Program-made: the position numbers and the translations under genes
Part shown: positions 51,873 to 64,000 of the stretch, piece after piece
Layout: each line of letters starts with the position of its first letter
Position numbering within the stretch: the stretch's first letter is position 1
DNA from: Octopus sinensis
Taxonomy: Eukaryota
Reading direction: 5' to 3'
DNA: 64,000 bases
NCBI RefSeq assembly: GCF_006345805.1
Contig: NC_043000.1
Coordinates: 30,752,001 to 30,816,000, forward strand
The notes under the pieces: generated by a model
The model's database searches: none
What the model saw: only the letters and a program-made list of their open reading frames with translations
Told to the model about the DNA's origin: nothing

Positions 51873-52226
51873 CCTGTGCGCGACATGGTGATCTCATTTG
51901 AAGATTAACAGTGGATGACCTTGTAGGTGGGGCCCAGTTAGAATTTTCTTCAGGCTGAGTATCCCATCCCACTCAAAAGGTCTCTGAATAAGGGTTGTTT
52001 AATGATGATGAACTAAATGCTCATCTTTCCTTAGGTTAATTACCGAAACCCCCAAACAATTCCTCTCAACACATAGCTATGATGTTCCCCCTCTACTTCC
52101 GCCCATGGTCGGAGATGCTCATATCGTCCGCCACTAAGGGACATGTTCAACTGGTTATGGTCAAGCAACTGACAAGCAAATCTTTGGTACTGAGAAGAAT
52201 ATTTGCTGAAGTTCATCTTTTATACC
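51873..52226 (-). mobile_element. About 560-bp element, copy 6 (diverged, truncated at both ends)
   Basis: TGTGCGCGACATGGTGATCTC...CCACTAAGGGACATG. Confidence 0.85.
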
Positions 52227-52291
52227 AAGGCAAAGGCTATATTATTGTTATCATTGTTATTATTGTTATTATTATTATCATTATTATTATA

Positions 52292-52328
<37 letters not shown>

Positions 52329-52344
52329 TATTATTATTATTATT

Positions 52345-52460
52345 TTATTCAGTAGTTTTGTTTTTATAGCGTGCTTTCACTTCACTACCGAGCGCAGCTC
52401 TGTGTGCCTGGGTATGTGCTGTGATTTGTTGTGATGCTCTGATGGTTATTGTATGGAAAT
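52345..52460 (-). mobile_element. LINE 3' UTR remnant with (AAT)n tail
   Basis: Minus strand ...CACAGAGCTGCGCTCGGTAGTGAAGTGAAAGCACGC...ACTACTGAATAA. Confidence 0.55.
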
Positions 52461-52555
52461 AATATTATTTATTATTATTATTATTATATTATATTATTTT
52501 ATTATTATTAGTATTTATTATTATTAGTAGTAGTAGTAGTAGTAGTAGTAGTAGG

Positions 52556-52599
<44 letters not shown>

Positions 52600-52984
52600 T
52601 ACTACTACTACTAGTATTGCTATTATTATTATTACTGTTATCATTAATATTATTATTATTATTATTATTATTTGTTGTTGTTGTTATCGTTGCTGTTCTT
52701 TTTATACCGGCAGTAGTAATTTTGCTGTTATCCTAATGGTTAAACAGCTCATACCACTGCAACATGAATTAGTGATATATTTACAATACTGATTTCAAAT
52801 TTTGGCACTATGCCAGCAAGTTTGGGGAACAGCAAGTCGACAGCATCAACTCTAGTGTTCAACCATGAAAGTCGTAGCCGCTCAGCATTTTGCCTGCCGT
52901 TCTAACGATTCTGTCACCTCGCTGCCCTACCAGTAGCTTTATAAGTAATATTTATCCCTACTTAATATGGATGTTCTATAAGAA

Positions 52985-53510
52985 CAAACTATACTGTGGT
53001 AGTTACCACGAGAGAAACTATTGTATTGATTTTTTTAGTGCAAAATGCATTCTGGTTTACATCGCTTGTCGGGAGGCCACCAGCCACCAGATCTGGCGGA
53101 GGCCACCAGGTCGCATGACTTCGACTTTGATGGACACTCGATCGCTAGAGGCAGCAGCGACTTATCTTCCCACCAGCTATTTATAGATCGACAGTGCCAG
53201 ATCAGGCGCTGCTATCGTGATTTACAAGTTAGCTTGTTAAAAATATATATTACGAGAAGTAATGTCTAATCACCGCTTAATCGTGAATATTCTGTTGGAA
53301 CAAACTATACTGCAGTAGTTATCACGAGAGAACAACTCAAATTGGTTTTCTGGATGCAAAATGCACTCTGGTTTATATTACTATCGGGGAGATAAATCAC
53401 TGCGACCACCAGCATCGAGGCCACCAGAACACCAGATTTCGACCTCGTCTGGTCTTGTCAATAATGGACACTCGACCGCGAGAGGAAGCATCCATTCATC
53501 TCCCTGACAG
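52985..53510. repeat. Diverged tandem duplication, period about 315 bp
   Basis: AACAAACTATACTG..GTAGTTA.CACGAGAGAA, TGCAAAATGCA.TCTGGTTTA and ATGGACACTCGA.CGC.AGAGG each occur twice. Confidence 0.75.
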
Positions 53511-53516
53511 CATTGT

Positions 53517-53633
<117 letters not shown>

Positions 53634-53748
53634 GACTCATATAGAGAGATAAATAGATAGATAAATTTCTTTGTGCTCTGTGTGTTCTAGGCAGACAGAC
53701 AGATAGATACATAGACAGATAGACAGACAGACAGACAGACAGATAGGT

Positions 53749-53813
<65 letters not shown>

Positions 53814-53873
53814 AATTTTCAAGAGTAGTAAAGAAAAGGTAATAGCAGCAGATATGCTGTAGTAGCAGCTGTC

Positions 53874-53912
<39 letters not shown>

Positions 53913-53913
53913 A

Positions 53914-53951
<38 letters not shown>

Positions 53952-54030
53952 TAGTAGTTATTGCAGATGTATTAGCAGTAGAAGTAGTAAGAAGTCGTAG
54001 CAGCAGTAGCATCAATAGTAGTAGTAGTAT

Positions 54031-54066
<36 letters not shown>

Positions 54067-54396
54067 CATCAGTGGTGCATGCCGTCGTATTTATGGCAAT
54101 CTTATACTAAAAATTATATAAAACTCCCATCACTTCTTTAATAACCTACCAACAATACGATCATCATCATCGCCTCATCGTCATGTGAACAGTATGGCTT
54201 GTTATTGTTATCTTCTCGGAGTTCTGCGCTGCCTTGTCAAAAGACGCTGCCATTTTATTAGCAATAAATCAAACAGCAATAGAGGTTATTGATTGCCGCT
54301 TTAATATTACTCCGTTAATGCATACACAGAGACATACCATGCATGGAAGCTGACTCTCACTTAGATTTTTTCTCTCTCTCTCACACACACACACGT

Positions 54397-54447
<51 letters not shown>

Positions 54448-54486
54448 CTGTCTAGCTAGCTATCTCTCCCTGTCGCTCTCCATATA

Positions 54487-54517
<31 letters not shown>

Positions 54518-54805
54518 TATATATATATATAATATATATATATATTATATATATATATATATATATGTGTATATCTATACATAATATATATGTGTTTATA
54601 TATATAGATACATAGATATTATATACATACATACACACACACTCATATATAGAGAGTAGGCCAAAAGTCACGCATAAAATAAGTTCAATATGCTCCGGAA
54701 TTGTCAAAGACATGCTTCAGTCTTTTTCTGAAATTGAATTAAGTAAACAAAATGGTGATGAATTCACACATGCGTTTACATGATGAACAAAAACAACAAC
54801 AATAA

Positions 54806-55020
54806 TGATTTCAAATTTTGGCACAAGGCCAGTCGTTTTCATGGGGTGAGGTTAAGTCGATGAGTTAGACTTTAGTGTTCAACAGCTATTTGTTTTCTCG
54901 CTCCCGAAAGGATGAAAGGGAAAGTAGACCTCGGCAGAATTTCGAACTCATATTGGAAAAACGGACGAAATGCCGCTAAGCATTTTGTCTGGCATTCTAA
55001 CGATTGTGCCAGCTCACCAA
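54806..55020 (-). mobile_element. SINE family B, diverged
   Basis: GAAAGGATGAAAGGGAAAGTAGACCTCGGCAGAATTTCGAACTC. Confidence 0.8.
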
Positions 55021-55029
55021 CGTAATATA

Positions 55030-55405
55030 AACAAGAGCACTCAAGGAGCACCAACCTCCGCCAAGGCAACACCAACGTCCTCTCAACGATTAGCTGGAGA
55101 TGATTTTTAAAATGAGAATATCTTAAATAAACTCGACTGCTCACACAAACGAGAATACTAAAAATGAACCTGACCGCTCTCAATAGTTCAGTAAAAGAAA
55201 AAATAGGAAAAAATAATTCAGAATCCTTTTCCGGTACCGGATCGATCCCAGAATCTAATCACTTCGTGCCAAACATCATGAGGCCAAACGTCTCGGAAAG
55301 TTTCATCCGAATCTATCCAGCAGTTCTTGGGATATCTTGTCCACGGACAAACAAACAAGCATAACTAAAAGCAATACCTCCGCCTTCACTCAAGCGAATG
55401 TAATA
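55030..55405 (+). mobile_element. Non-autonomous Helentron-like element
   Basis: ACAAGAGCACTC..CCTCCGCCAAGG start, AAGTTTCATCCGAATC core, terminal ATACCTCCGCCTTC hairpin remnant. Confidence 0.55.
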
Positions 55406-55876
55406 AATTGCTTGTTGTTCTCTCACCTGCCTCTTCCTTTTGGAGTTTGTTATTTTTGGACACTTTTGAACCGTATTTACATACTTTGGGATTCCTTCAG
55501 TTTCAGCCCACGAAATTTTCTCAAATGTATATGTCTGTGTGTTCGCTCCACCACCATTTGCCAAACGTATTGGTGTTTATGTCCTCGTGACTTAGCGGTT
55601 CGGCAAAATATTCAGTCACAATAAGTATCAGGCTTTAAAAAAATATAATAGGGCCGATTCGTTCAACTGAAACACTTCAAGGTTATATCCCGGCAGGGAC
55701 CCAATCTAGTGATTGAACCAATTAAAAGACAAACGATAAAAGGTACATAACTACATAGGTATGTATATATATATATTATAATATATGTATATATATAATA
55801 AAAATATTAGGGAGTAAATCCAAACTTACAGGGAAATATTAGATTTAGGATTAAATCTAATTTAACTGTATAAAAT

Positions 55877-56050
55877 AAATTAAATTAGAAATAAAACCAC
55901 TATTAGGCAAATCAAACAGTGAAAAACATAAACCAAAACATAGAAATAAAATTAATTAATATAATATACAAAATATATAAAATATAAAATTCAAAATTTA
56001 AATTATTTAAATTTAAAGTTTAAAAATTTTAATATTAATTTATATTATAA

Positions 56051-56087
<37 letters not shown>

Positions 56088-56460
56088 TTTTTTTTTTTTT
56101 TATTAAATATATATAACTATCAAAAAGTATTAAAAAGTTTAATATAAGATAAAAAGTAAGAAACGATCATAGTGGTTTTACTTTTCAACTTATATTAAAC
56201 TTTTTAATACTTTTTGATAGGTATATATATTTAATTAAACACACATATATATATAAATAAAAATAAAAAAATATATATATAAAAATTTATAAATATAAAT
56301 TAATAATTTTTAATTTTTAACTTTAAATTTAAATAATTTAAATTTTGAATTTTATATTTATATATTTTGTATACTATATTAATTAATTGTATTCTATGTT
56401 TTGGTTTATGGTTTTTCACTATTTGATTTGCTAATAGTGGTTTTATCTCTAATTCAATTT
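55877..56460. repeat. Long AT-rich palindrome (about 280-bp arms, 18-nt spacer)
   Basis: 55877-56159 is the reverse complement of 56178-56460. Confidence 0.85.
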
Positions 56461-56512
56461 ATGTATATATATGTAATATATATGTATATATATATTGTAT
56501 ATATATGTGTAG

Positions 56513-56633
<121 letters not shown>

Positions 56634-56974
56634 TATATTATATATTAAATCATACATGTGTGGTGTATACAGGGTGTGATGGGTAACTGTCACAATTTTA
56701 TATTTTTACTTCCGCGCAACCACATTGTTTTTTATGCTGTTGACTACACAGAATAGTAGGGCAGTTGGGGGCACTGTCTGTGAGAAAAATAGCACTATAG
56801 CACACACACACACACACATATATATGTGTGTGTGTGTGTGTGTGTATGTACATACATAAGGTGGTAGTTTGGAAGGTATACATGTAGGTTGGTAGATAGA
56901 TTGATAAACAAACAAATAAGCAGACAGATGGATTGATAGACAGTTCAATAGATCGATCCATAGAGAGACAGATG

Positions 56975-57118
<144 letters not shown>

Positions 57119-57251
57119 TGTTTCTCTATTGGCCACACAGGGCTGAACAAAGAGGGGACAAAATACAGAGTAGAGCTTTTCTTTTTGGGAAGAGAAGGAA
57201 AAAAGGAGGAGTTAGAAATTCGATCAAAAGGGATCGCTAAAAGAAGGCCGA

Positions 57252-57380
<129 letters not shown>

Positions 57381-58506
57381 TTTAGATAGATAGACCGGTA
57401 AATAGGCCGTATCCAAGGAGAGTAATGGTGACCTATGTTGGCAACGCATGTATTATTCTGAATAAGCGACACAAAATGTAGATTGGTTTCATGAATGTTT
57501 TTTTTTCCTTAAATTCTTCTCTTCTTACATCGGTAATCCTTTTCTAATTCTTTCTCTCCCCTTCACGTGAGATTTTCATCCACTTTAACCTCGTTCACTT
57601 CTTTTCTCATTTCCCTTTCCATCTGCGACTTTCCTTCCCCTTTCCTTCGCCCAGCTTCCTCTCCGGCTACTTCCCGTCAACATACAAAGAAGACGTTGTC
57701 TTGCATTCCACATCACTTGCAGTTGAAATCATGTGAAACATTCCATGATTCCTCTCTTGTCAAAGGCACATGGAGAAGTATTTCACGAAATATTTATATA
57801 TATATTATATATTATATATATATATATATATAATATCAAAATCAAGGGTGAAAAATTGTATATTAATTTAATATAATATCAGTTTAACGCATAAAAAACT
57901 GAGATTCAGTAAATATTAATAATACATATATGAGAGGGAATCCACTAAAAGTGAACTCCCTTACGCTAGCCATTAAAAGTTGTTCTCAAGAAAAAATTTA
58001 GCACACCATGAACGTAAGCGGGCAGGACAAATGAAAAATAACAAAAATATAGATTAACCCTATACAATTGTTTCACTGTTAATAAATTATGCAATTTTAC
58101 CACAATGAGAAACGAAAACATAAAACCAGAAACATAGAAAACGAACTTTTTCGAACAACGAAAACAAAGAGTGAAACGAGACATGCAACATAAAGAACAT
58201 TCCTCTTCATCAGTTGTCCCTGTTTCGTCTACTCCGCCTTACGAAGGCAAGTACAATACGTGACTTCGTTGAAACAGTCCTTCCCGCAAAACAAATTAAA
58301 TAAAATTTGGGATTTCTTGCGGAGGGTGACAGTGGCAACAAGAACAGGACAGTGAGAACAAGACAGTAAAAAGAAACGGTGAGGGCTGTTACGGCTGTTA
58401 AGCCAAGACGATAGAAAAATATACATATATATATATGGATGTGTGTATTGTGTGTGTGTGTGTGCATGTGTGGTGTATATGTGTGTGTGGTATATATATG
58501 TGTATG

Positions 58507-58575
<69 letters not shown>

Positions 58576-58578
<3 letters not shown>

Positions 58579-58740
58579 GACAGGCTTCTTTCAGTTTCTG
58601 TCTACCAAATCTACTCACAAGACGTTGGTTGGCACGAGGCTATAGCAGAAGACACTTGCTCAAGGTGCCACACAGTGGGACTGAACACGGAACAATGAGA
58701 TTGGGAATCAAGCTTCTTACCACACAGCCACTCCTGCGCC
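58576..58740 (-). mobile_element. SINE family A 5' half
   Basis: CTTACCACACAGCCACTCCTGCGCC. Confidence 0.88.
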
Positions 58741-58789
58741 TATATATTCTAATATATAATATAACATAAGCGACCTGAACATTAGTTTC

Positions 58790-59150
58790 AGAATTCATTC
58801 AAGGCAAAGACCACGGGCCATAGTCCCCAACCCAATTCAGGATCACAACATATAAATATACTGCTATGCAATTTCTTTTCTTCAACGGGACCTCCCCGAT
58901 TTAACATTGTCCCGAAACAGATCAATGAGGAAAGGCTCCTATCACCTTTAAACGGAATCTGGACAAATTTCTTCAAGAAATGCCAGATAAGTCACCCATA
59001 CCTGGATACAAATCACTCAACAAGATCTCCTTACTCGAATGAACCATGAAACAACAACACTTGAATTTAAAAGGGTTTAGCTAATGCTATGAGGTGGCGC
59101 TATTTAGTTAGACATGGCCTGGACTAATCTTTGGTCGAAACATGTCTAAG
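58790..59150 (+). mobile_element. CR1-like LINE 3' end
   Basis: GPPRFNIVPKQI..FKRNLDKFLQEMPDKSPIPGY.SLN..SLLE; 3' hairpin TTAGACATG..CATGTCTAA. Confidence 0.7.
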
Positions 59151-59221
59151 TTATCTGAGTTATATAATATAAGGTAATATATATAACAAAGTGGAGTTGT
59201 AGGGTACGGCACGAGTGGAAT

Positions 59222-59939
59222 TATATACGAAAGAAGGTTTGAAAATGCAATTTTAAAAGATGTTTAGTGGAATATTGGTATACACGCAGAGAATATTATG
59301 AGTTCAAAAAGTCTTTTACGTTAACATGGTGGACAGGTCAGTTTTAGCTTCCCTACTATTATAATGTAAACCTTTCTGAACTCATAATATTCTGTGCGTG
59401 TATACCAATATTCCACTAAAATTTTAATAATTCCTTCTGGAAACTAGCTTTTACATTTTCTTGAGAATGTATATATTTGTTGTAATCTTTTGTGTCCAAT
59501 ATTTCAATGAACTCGTTAAACTTTTTTATGTTCTTAACATGCTCTTGTTACCAAAGAATGTATATATATATGTATTGTAGTACTCTGTGACAACCAATAT
59601 TCTGTGCGTGTTTGAATATACAGATACAATACCAATATCCCACTGAACTTTTTAATAATTCCTTCTGGAAACTATCTTTAACAGTTTCTTGAGAATGTAT
59701 ATTTATGTTGTAATCTTTTGTGCCCAATATTTTAAGTAACTTGTTAAACTTTCTTATGTCCTTAACATGCTCTTGTTACCAAAGACTGTATATATGTAAT
59801 GTAGCATTTTGTAACAACCAATAATTAACGCAATCAAACTTTTACATCTTACTTTTGACATTCTTTTTCCAAAGAGTGAAACCGGTAAAGTAAATAAACA
59901 TCTTTTAAAATTGCATTTTCAAACCTTCTTTCGTATATA
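59222..59939. mobile_element. MITE with perfect 45-bp terminal inverted repeats (Tc1/mariner-like TA ends)
   Basis: TATATACGAAAGAAGGTTTGAAAATGCAATTTTAAAAGATGTTTA at 59222-59266, exact reverse complement at 59895-59939. Confidence 0.85.
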
Positions 59940-60006
59940 TATATGAGTGTGTGTATGTGTGTGTGTGTGTATGTGTGTATGTGTGTGTATGTGTGTGTGT
60001 GTGTGT

Positions 60007-60034
<28 letters not shown>

Positions 60035-60040
<6 letters not shown>

Positions 60041-60182
60041 TATTTCCTCATATTCCTTTCTGTTGAAGAGCGTAGGCTCGAAATGTAAAAGATTTTCTCA
60101 GTTTCTCGAACGCCAACCTAATACACCTTTGTTGTACATACACCTGTCTTCTTCTTTAGTGTTTATGCAAATTCCAACTATA
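60035..60182 (+). mobile_element. Short hammerhead-like element, copy 3
   Basis: CTTT-CTGTTGA-A-GAGC-GTAG-GCTC-GAAA-TG-TA-AAAG at 60056-60091. Confidence 0.7.
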
Positions 60183-60201
60183 TATCTATATATATATATA
60201 T

Positions 60202-60612
60202 AGGCGCAGGAGTGGCTGTGTGGTAAGTAGCTTGCTTACCGACCACATGGTTCAGGGTTCAGTCCCACTACGTGGTATCTTGGGCAAGTGTCTTCTACTA
60301 TAGCCTCGGGCCGACCAAAGCCTTGTGAGTGGATTTGGTAGACGGAAACTGTAAGAAGCCCGTCGTATATATGTATATATATGTATGTGTGTGTATGTGT
60401 TTGTGTGTCTATGCTTGTCCTCCTTACATCACTTGACAACCGATGCTGGTGTGTTTACGTCCCTGTAACTTAGCGGTCGGCAAAAGAGACCGATAGAATA
60501 AATACTAGGCTTACAAAGAATAAGTCCTGGGGGCGATTTGCTCGACTAAAGGTGTTGCTCCAGCATGGCCACAGTCAAATGACTGAAACAAGTAAAAGAG
60601 TAAAAAGAGAGA
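60202..60612 (+). mobile_element. SINE family A, full length
   Basis: AGGCGCAGGAGTGGCTGTGTGGTAAG (A box), GGGTTCAGTCCC (B box), tail AAGTAAAAGAGTAAAAAGAG. Confidence 0.93.
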
Positions 60613-60645
<33 letters not shown>

Positions 60646-60651
<6 letters not shown>

Positions 60652-61465
60652 GACAACCTATCCCTTGACGCTGAGCTCAATATACGCATTGGCAAGGCAG
60701 CTGCTGCGATGGCCCAACTCTCCAAACGGGCTTGGGACAACAATAAGCTGACCAAGACCACAAAAATGAAGATCTACCAGGCATGTGTACTCAGCACTCT
60801 ACTGTATGGAAGCGAGACCTGGACGCTATACACACGCTAAGAGCGTCGCCTAAACATCTTTCACCTGCGCTGCCTCCGAAAAATCCTCCACATCAAATGG
60901 CAGAATCATATCCCCAACAAAGATGTCCTCAGGCAAGCAGGAATACCAAGCATGTTTGCACTCCTCACACAAAACGTATGAGATGGCTTGGGCATGTTAG
61001 CCGTATGAAAGATGGCAGAATCCCCAAGGACATACTCTACGGAGAGCTTGCTAGGGGTACTAGGTCTGTGGGTAGACCGATCCTACGTTACAAGGATGTT
61101 TGCAAAAGGGATATGAAGGCCTGCAACATCAACATTAGCGGTTGGGAGGCAGTCGCCGGCAACCGTGGAGAATGGCGACGTACAGTAAAAGAGGGTATAC
61201 AGAGGAGTGACAGAAAGAGGAGGAGAAATGGAAAGAAAGGAAGAGACATAAACAAGAGACCTGGCACTACAACCAGCCAGGAACAGTCTTCGCTACATTT
61301 GCAGTACCTGCCAGAGGGAGTGTTTGTCCAGGATAGGACTACACAGCCACAGCAAGAAATGTAACAGGAAATAAAATATAACAGCCGGACTAGACCTAGA
61401 AAAAAAAAAAAAAAAATGCGCAACTCCATTGTCTCCCGACACAGAAAGGATGCCAATACAATACA
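60646..61465 (+). mobile_element. RTE-clade LINE, 5' truncated
   Basis: RIGKAAAAMAQL..VLSTLLYGSETW..RMRWLGHVSRMKDGRIPKDILYGEL..RPILRYKD, C-terminal YICSTC..SRIGLHSH, RTE-type tail CCATTGTCTCCCGACACAGAAAGGATGCC. Confidence 0.93.
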
Positions 61466-61513
61466 ATATATATATATATATATAATATATATATATAGTA
61501 TATATATATATAT

Positions 61514-61589
<76 letters not shown>

Positions 61590-61803
61590 TACATATTGTA
61601 CATACTTACGTATATATGTAATATACATGCATATATGGGTACAGGACAATAAAAAAATAAAAACGTTGTACGCAATGAGAAACGAAAACATGAAAACAAA
61701 AACATGGAAAACGAGACATGCAACATAAAGAATATTCCCCTTCATCAGTTATCCCTGTTTCATCTACTCAAATTTTCGATGGTAAGGACAAGACGCGACT
61801 TCG

Positions 61804-61873
<70 letters not shown>

Positions 61874-61883
61874 TTGGTAGATC

Positions 61884-61950
<67 letters not shown>

Positions 61951-62199
61951 CTATAGATAGATATACATATGTATATATATATGCATACATACCCATGCAC
62001 ATATATGTATGTTTGTATCTGAAATTATATATTGTTTTTGGCCTCAATGCTTAAACATAATCTGTGAACAGCTCACTAAATATTTGCCTAATTTGAATTT
62101 GTGCAAGAAATCTATAACGTTTCGAGTATCATGTATAAAATATGTTTATCTCTAGAATACAACAGGATTTACATGGTTTATATATAATTAAATATCGAA

Positions 62200-62722
62200 A
62201 AGTAAATGATGGCTGCCACTGTATAATATACATGGCATCAACTGTATGTTACGATTTAAGTATACACAGATGGCAAAGGTCAGGGAATTTTTCTAAGAAA
62301 ATGAAATAAAATCCAACTTAAATACTTATCTCTGTTATGTCAAATGCTTGAATACCAATTCCTCCTGACTTTTAAATGGAGCGACTATATTTTACTATTT
62401 AGTAAGTTCATACGTTTGTCGCTGGAAGTTCAACAAGGACACGTGATAAGTGACAAAATGTTTGGAGGCAAAACTTAAGCTAAGAAATGTGATTATGAAT
62501 CCAATGAATTATCTTCCTGCATGATTTACAAGCTTACATCGAAGAAAATACTTCACTTGACACGATTTCAAATTTCTTGACTTAGATATTGCCTCGAAAC
62601 AATTTTCCACTCGTTACTTGAACTCCTTGACTTCTCAGTGACAATCGACACGTGAGCGTTCTATAGACTGAATGCAATCGCGTCCTTTAGCGGAGGCACA
62701 AAGATGGACTCGCAAGAGTAAG

Positions 62723-62754
<32 letters not shown>

Positions 62755-62813
62755 ACATACATATATATATATATATATACACACACACATATATATATAT
62801 ATATATTATATAT

Positions 62814-62880
<67 letters not shown>

Positions 62881-63600
62881 TATACACATATATATATTAT
62901 ATATATAGAAGTGGAGTAGCTTTTCAATTCATTCTTTAGGAAGATTCAAAGTCATTCTATGCATGAGTATAAATTAGAAACGTAACTCATTGCTTTTGAC
63001 TATTATTTTTTTCTCCATTAGTAATAACACAACGGAAGCTAGCAGAATGGAAAATTTATATACACGTTATTGAAGATGCCTTGTTGTTAGTAGGTAAATT
63101 TACGAAATACATCTACATGAGATAAAGTCAAATATGATTAGGTCAACGGGAGCAATTTTACTTTCACTGGAGATTTTAAGGGCAATCGGCATTGGTTTAC
63201 AATAGAAAATAAATGCTTTCATATCGCTCATTATAGTATTTGTCCTGTTGTTGGCTGAGAAAAATAATGATATGCCATGCTGTAAACTAGATTTCAATTT
63301 GTGATATTCTCCATTATGTTAGCGATGTTAGACCTTGCCTGATAGTTTTCACAAGAACCAAATTTTCTTTTCGTTTATAAAAAAGCATTATGTAGAATGT
63401 TTCTTATTCAGCTTCCTATTTTAATAATAGTACTATTAACGCTTTTTATCTCTTCTGCAAATTAGCAGGCTGTCTTTGAACTCTCATCTTGTTAAAGTTT
63501 GAATTTCTTTTTGCCACAGGGAAATTACATGTCAATGAAAAGACTTCATTCGCGAGAAAAACTTGTTTTTAGATTTTAATTCTATTTCTTCAATTTTATT
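62200..63600 (-). mobile_element. Possible very old L1/Tx1-like RT remnant
   Basis: PIALKISSESKIA..DFISCRCI resembles PISLLNVDYKI..GFIPGRYI; APFK/SGGIGI resembles PK..GGLG. Confidence 0.3.
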
Positions 63601-63658
63601 CGCTTCATAAAACTTAGCTACGAGGAAGTGAAAACAAAATCGAGAAACTTACCATGTA

Positions 63659-63719
<61 letters not shown>

Positions 63720-64000
63720 ATTATTATATATATATGTGTGTGTGTGTGGTGTGTGTGTGTGTATATATATACACGCATATATATATAGCTATACACACAC
63801 GTATGTATGTATGTATAAATGTATGTACATAAATAGAGAGTGGTATATGTATGTATGCGTGTATCGTATCTATGTATGTTTAAATATAGATAAAACATCA
63901 GATAACATTATGTGTTGTAGATTTTAGGAGTCTCTTAAAGATATCTAATTGATTTTCTTGGTTGGCCACTTTTTCCTTCTTTAGAGTATCAACAAACGTC

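Noticed and set aside
53040-53075. QNAFWFT peptide resembling an iGluR pore-loop motif
   Set aside because: Followed by an early stop and not conserved in the tandem duplicate
58195-58235. Canonical CTGATGA on the minus strand near GAAA (also 61735-61765)
   Set aside because: Order is GAAA then CTGATGA with no cleavage triplet or stem III between, and the stem after CTGATGA is not followed by GAAA, so it is not a complete hammerhead

Overview
AT-rich eukaryotic DNA, very likely from Octopus (coleoid cephalopod), judged from recognisable octopus-type tRNA-derived SINEs and very dense (TA)n, (TG)n, (TAGA)n, (TGTA)n and (TAA)n-derived microsatellites. No gene can be confidently annotated. Nearly all ORF-track entries are microsatellite translations or antisense reads of retroelements. 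A few strong + strand splice signals suggest the window may be largely intronic. Content: three tRNA-SINE families (about 25 copies); about 12 decayed R4/Dong-like RLE-type LINE pieces embedded in (TAA)n-type arrays; single RTE, L1/Tx1, CR1-like and Penelope-like RT fragments; Helentron-like non-autonomous elements; several foldback/MITE elements. Best leads: (1) minimal hammerhead-ribozyme-like motifs of Penelope type whose catalytic core is systematically non-canonical (CUGUNGA, UUGCCGA, CCGACGA); (2) a ~560-bp non-coding element in six copies that shares the (TAA)n target polarity of the Dong-like LINEs and may be their non-autonomous partner; (3) many long inverted repeats able to form dsRNA, including a ~580-bp AT-rich palindrome and a tail-sharing inverted SINE pair. 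All calls are by eye, coordinates are approximate to about 10-20 nt unless stated, and single-base phase slips in the microsatellites suggest residual long-read errors.
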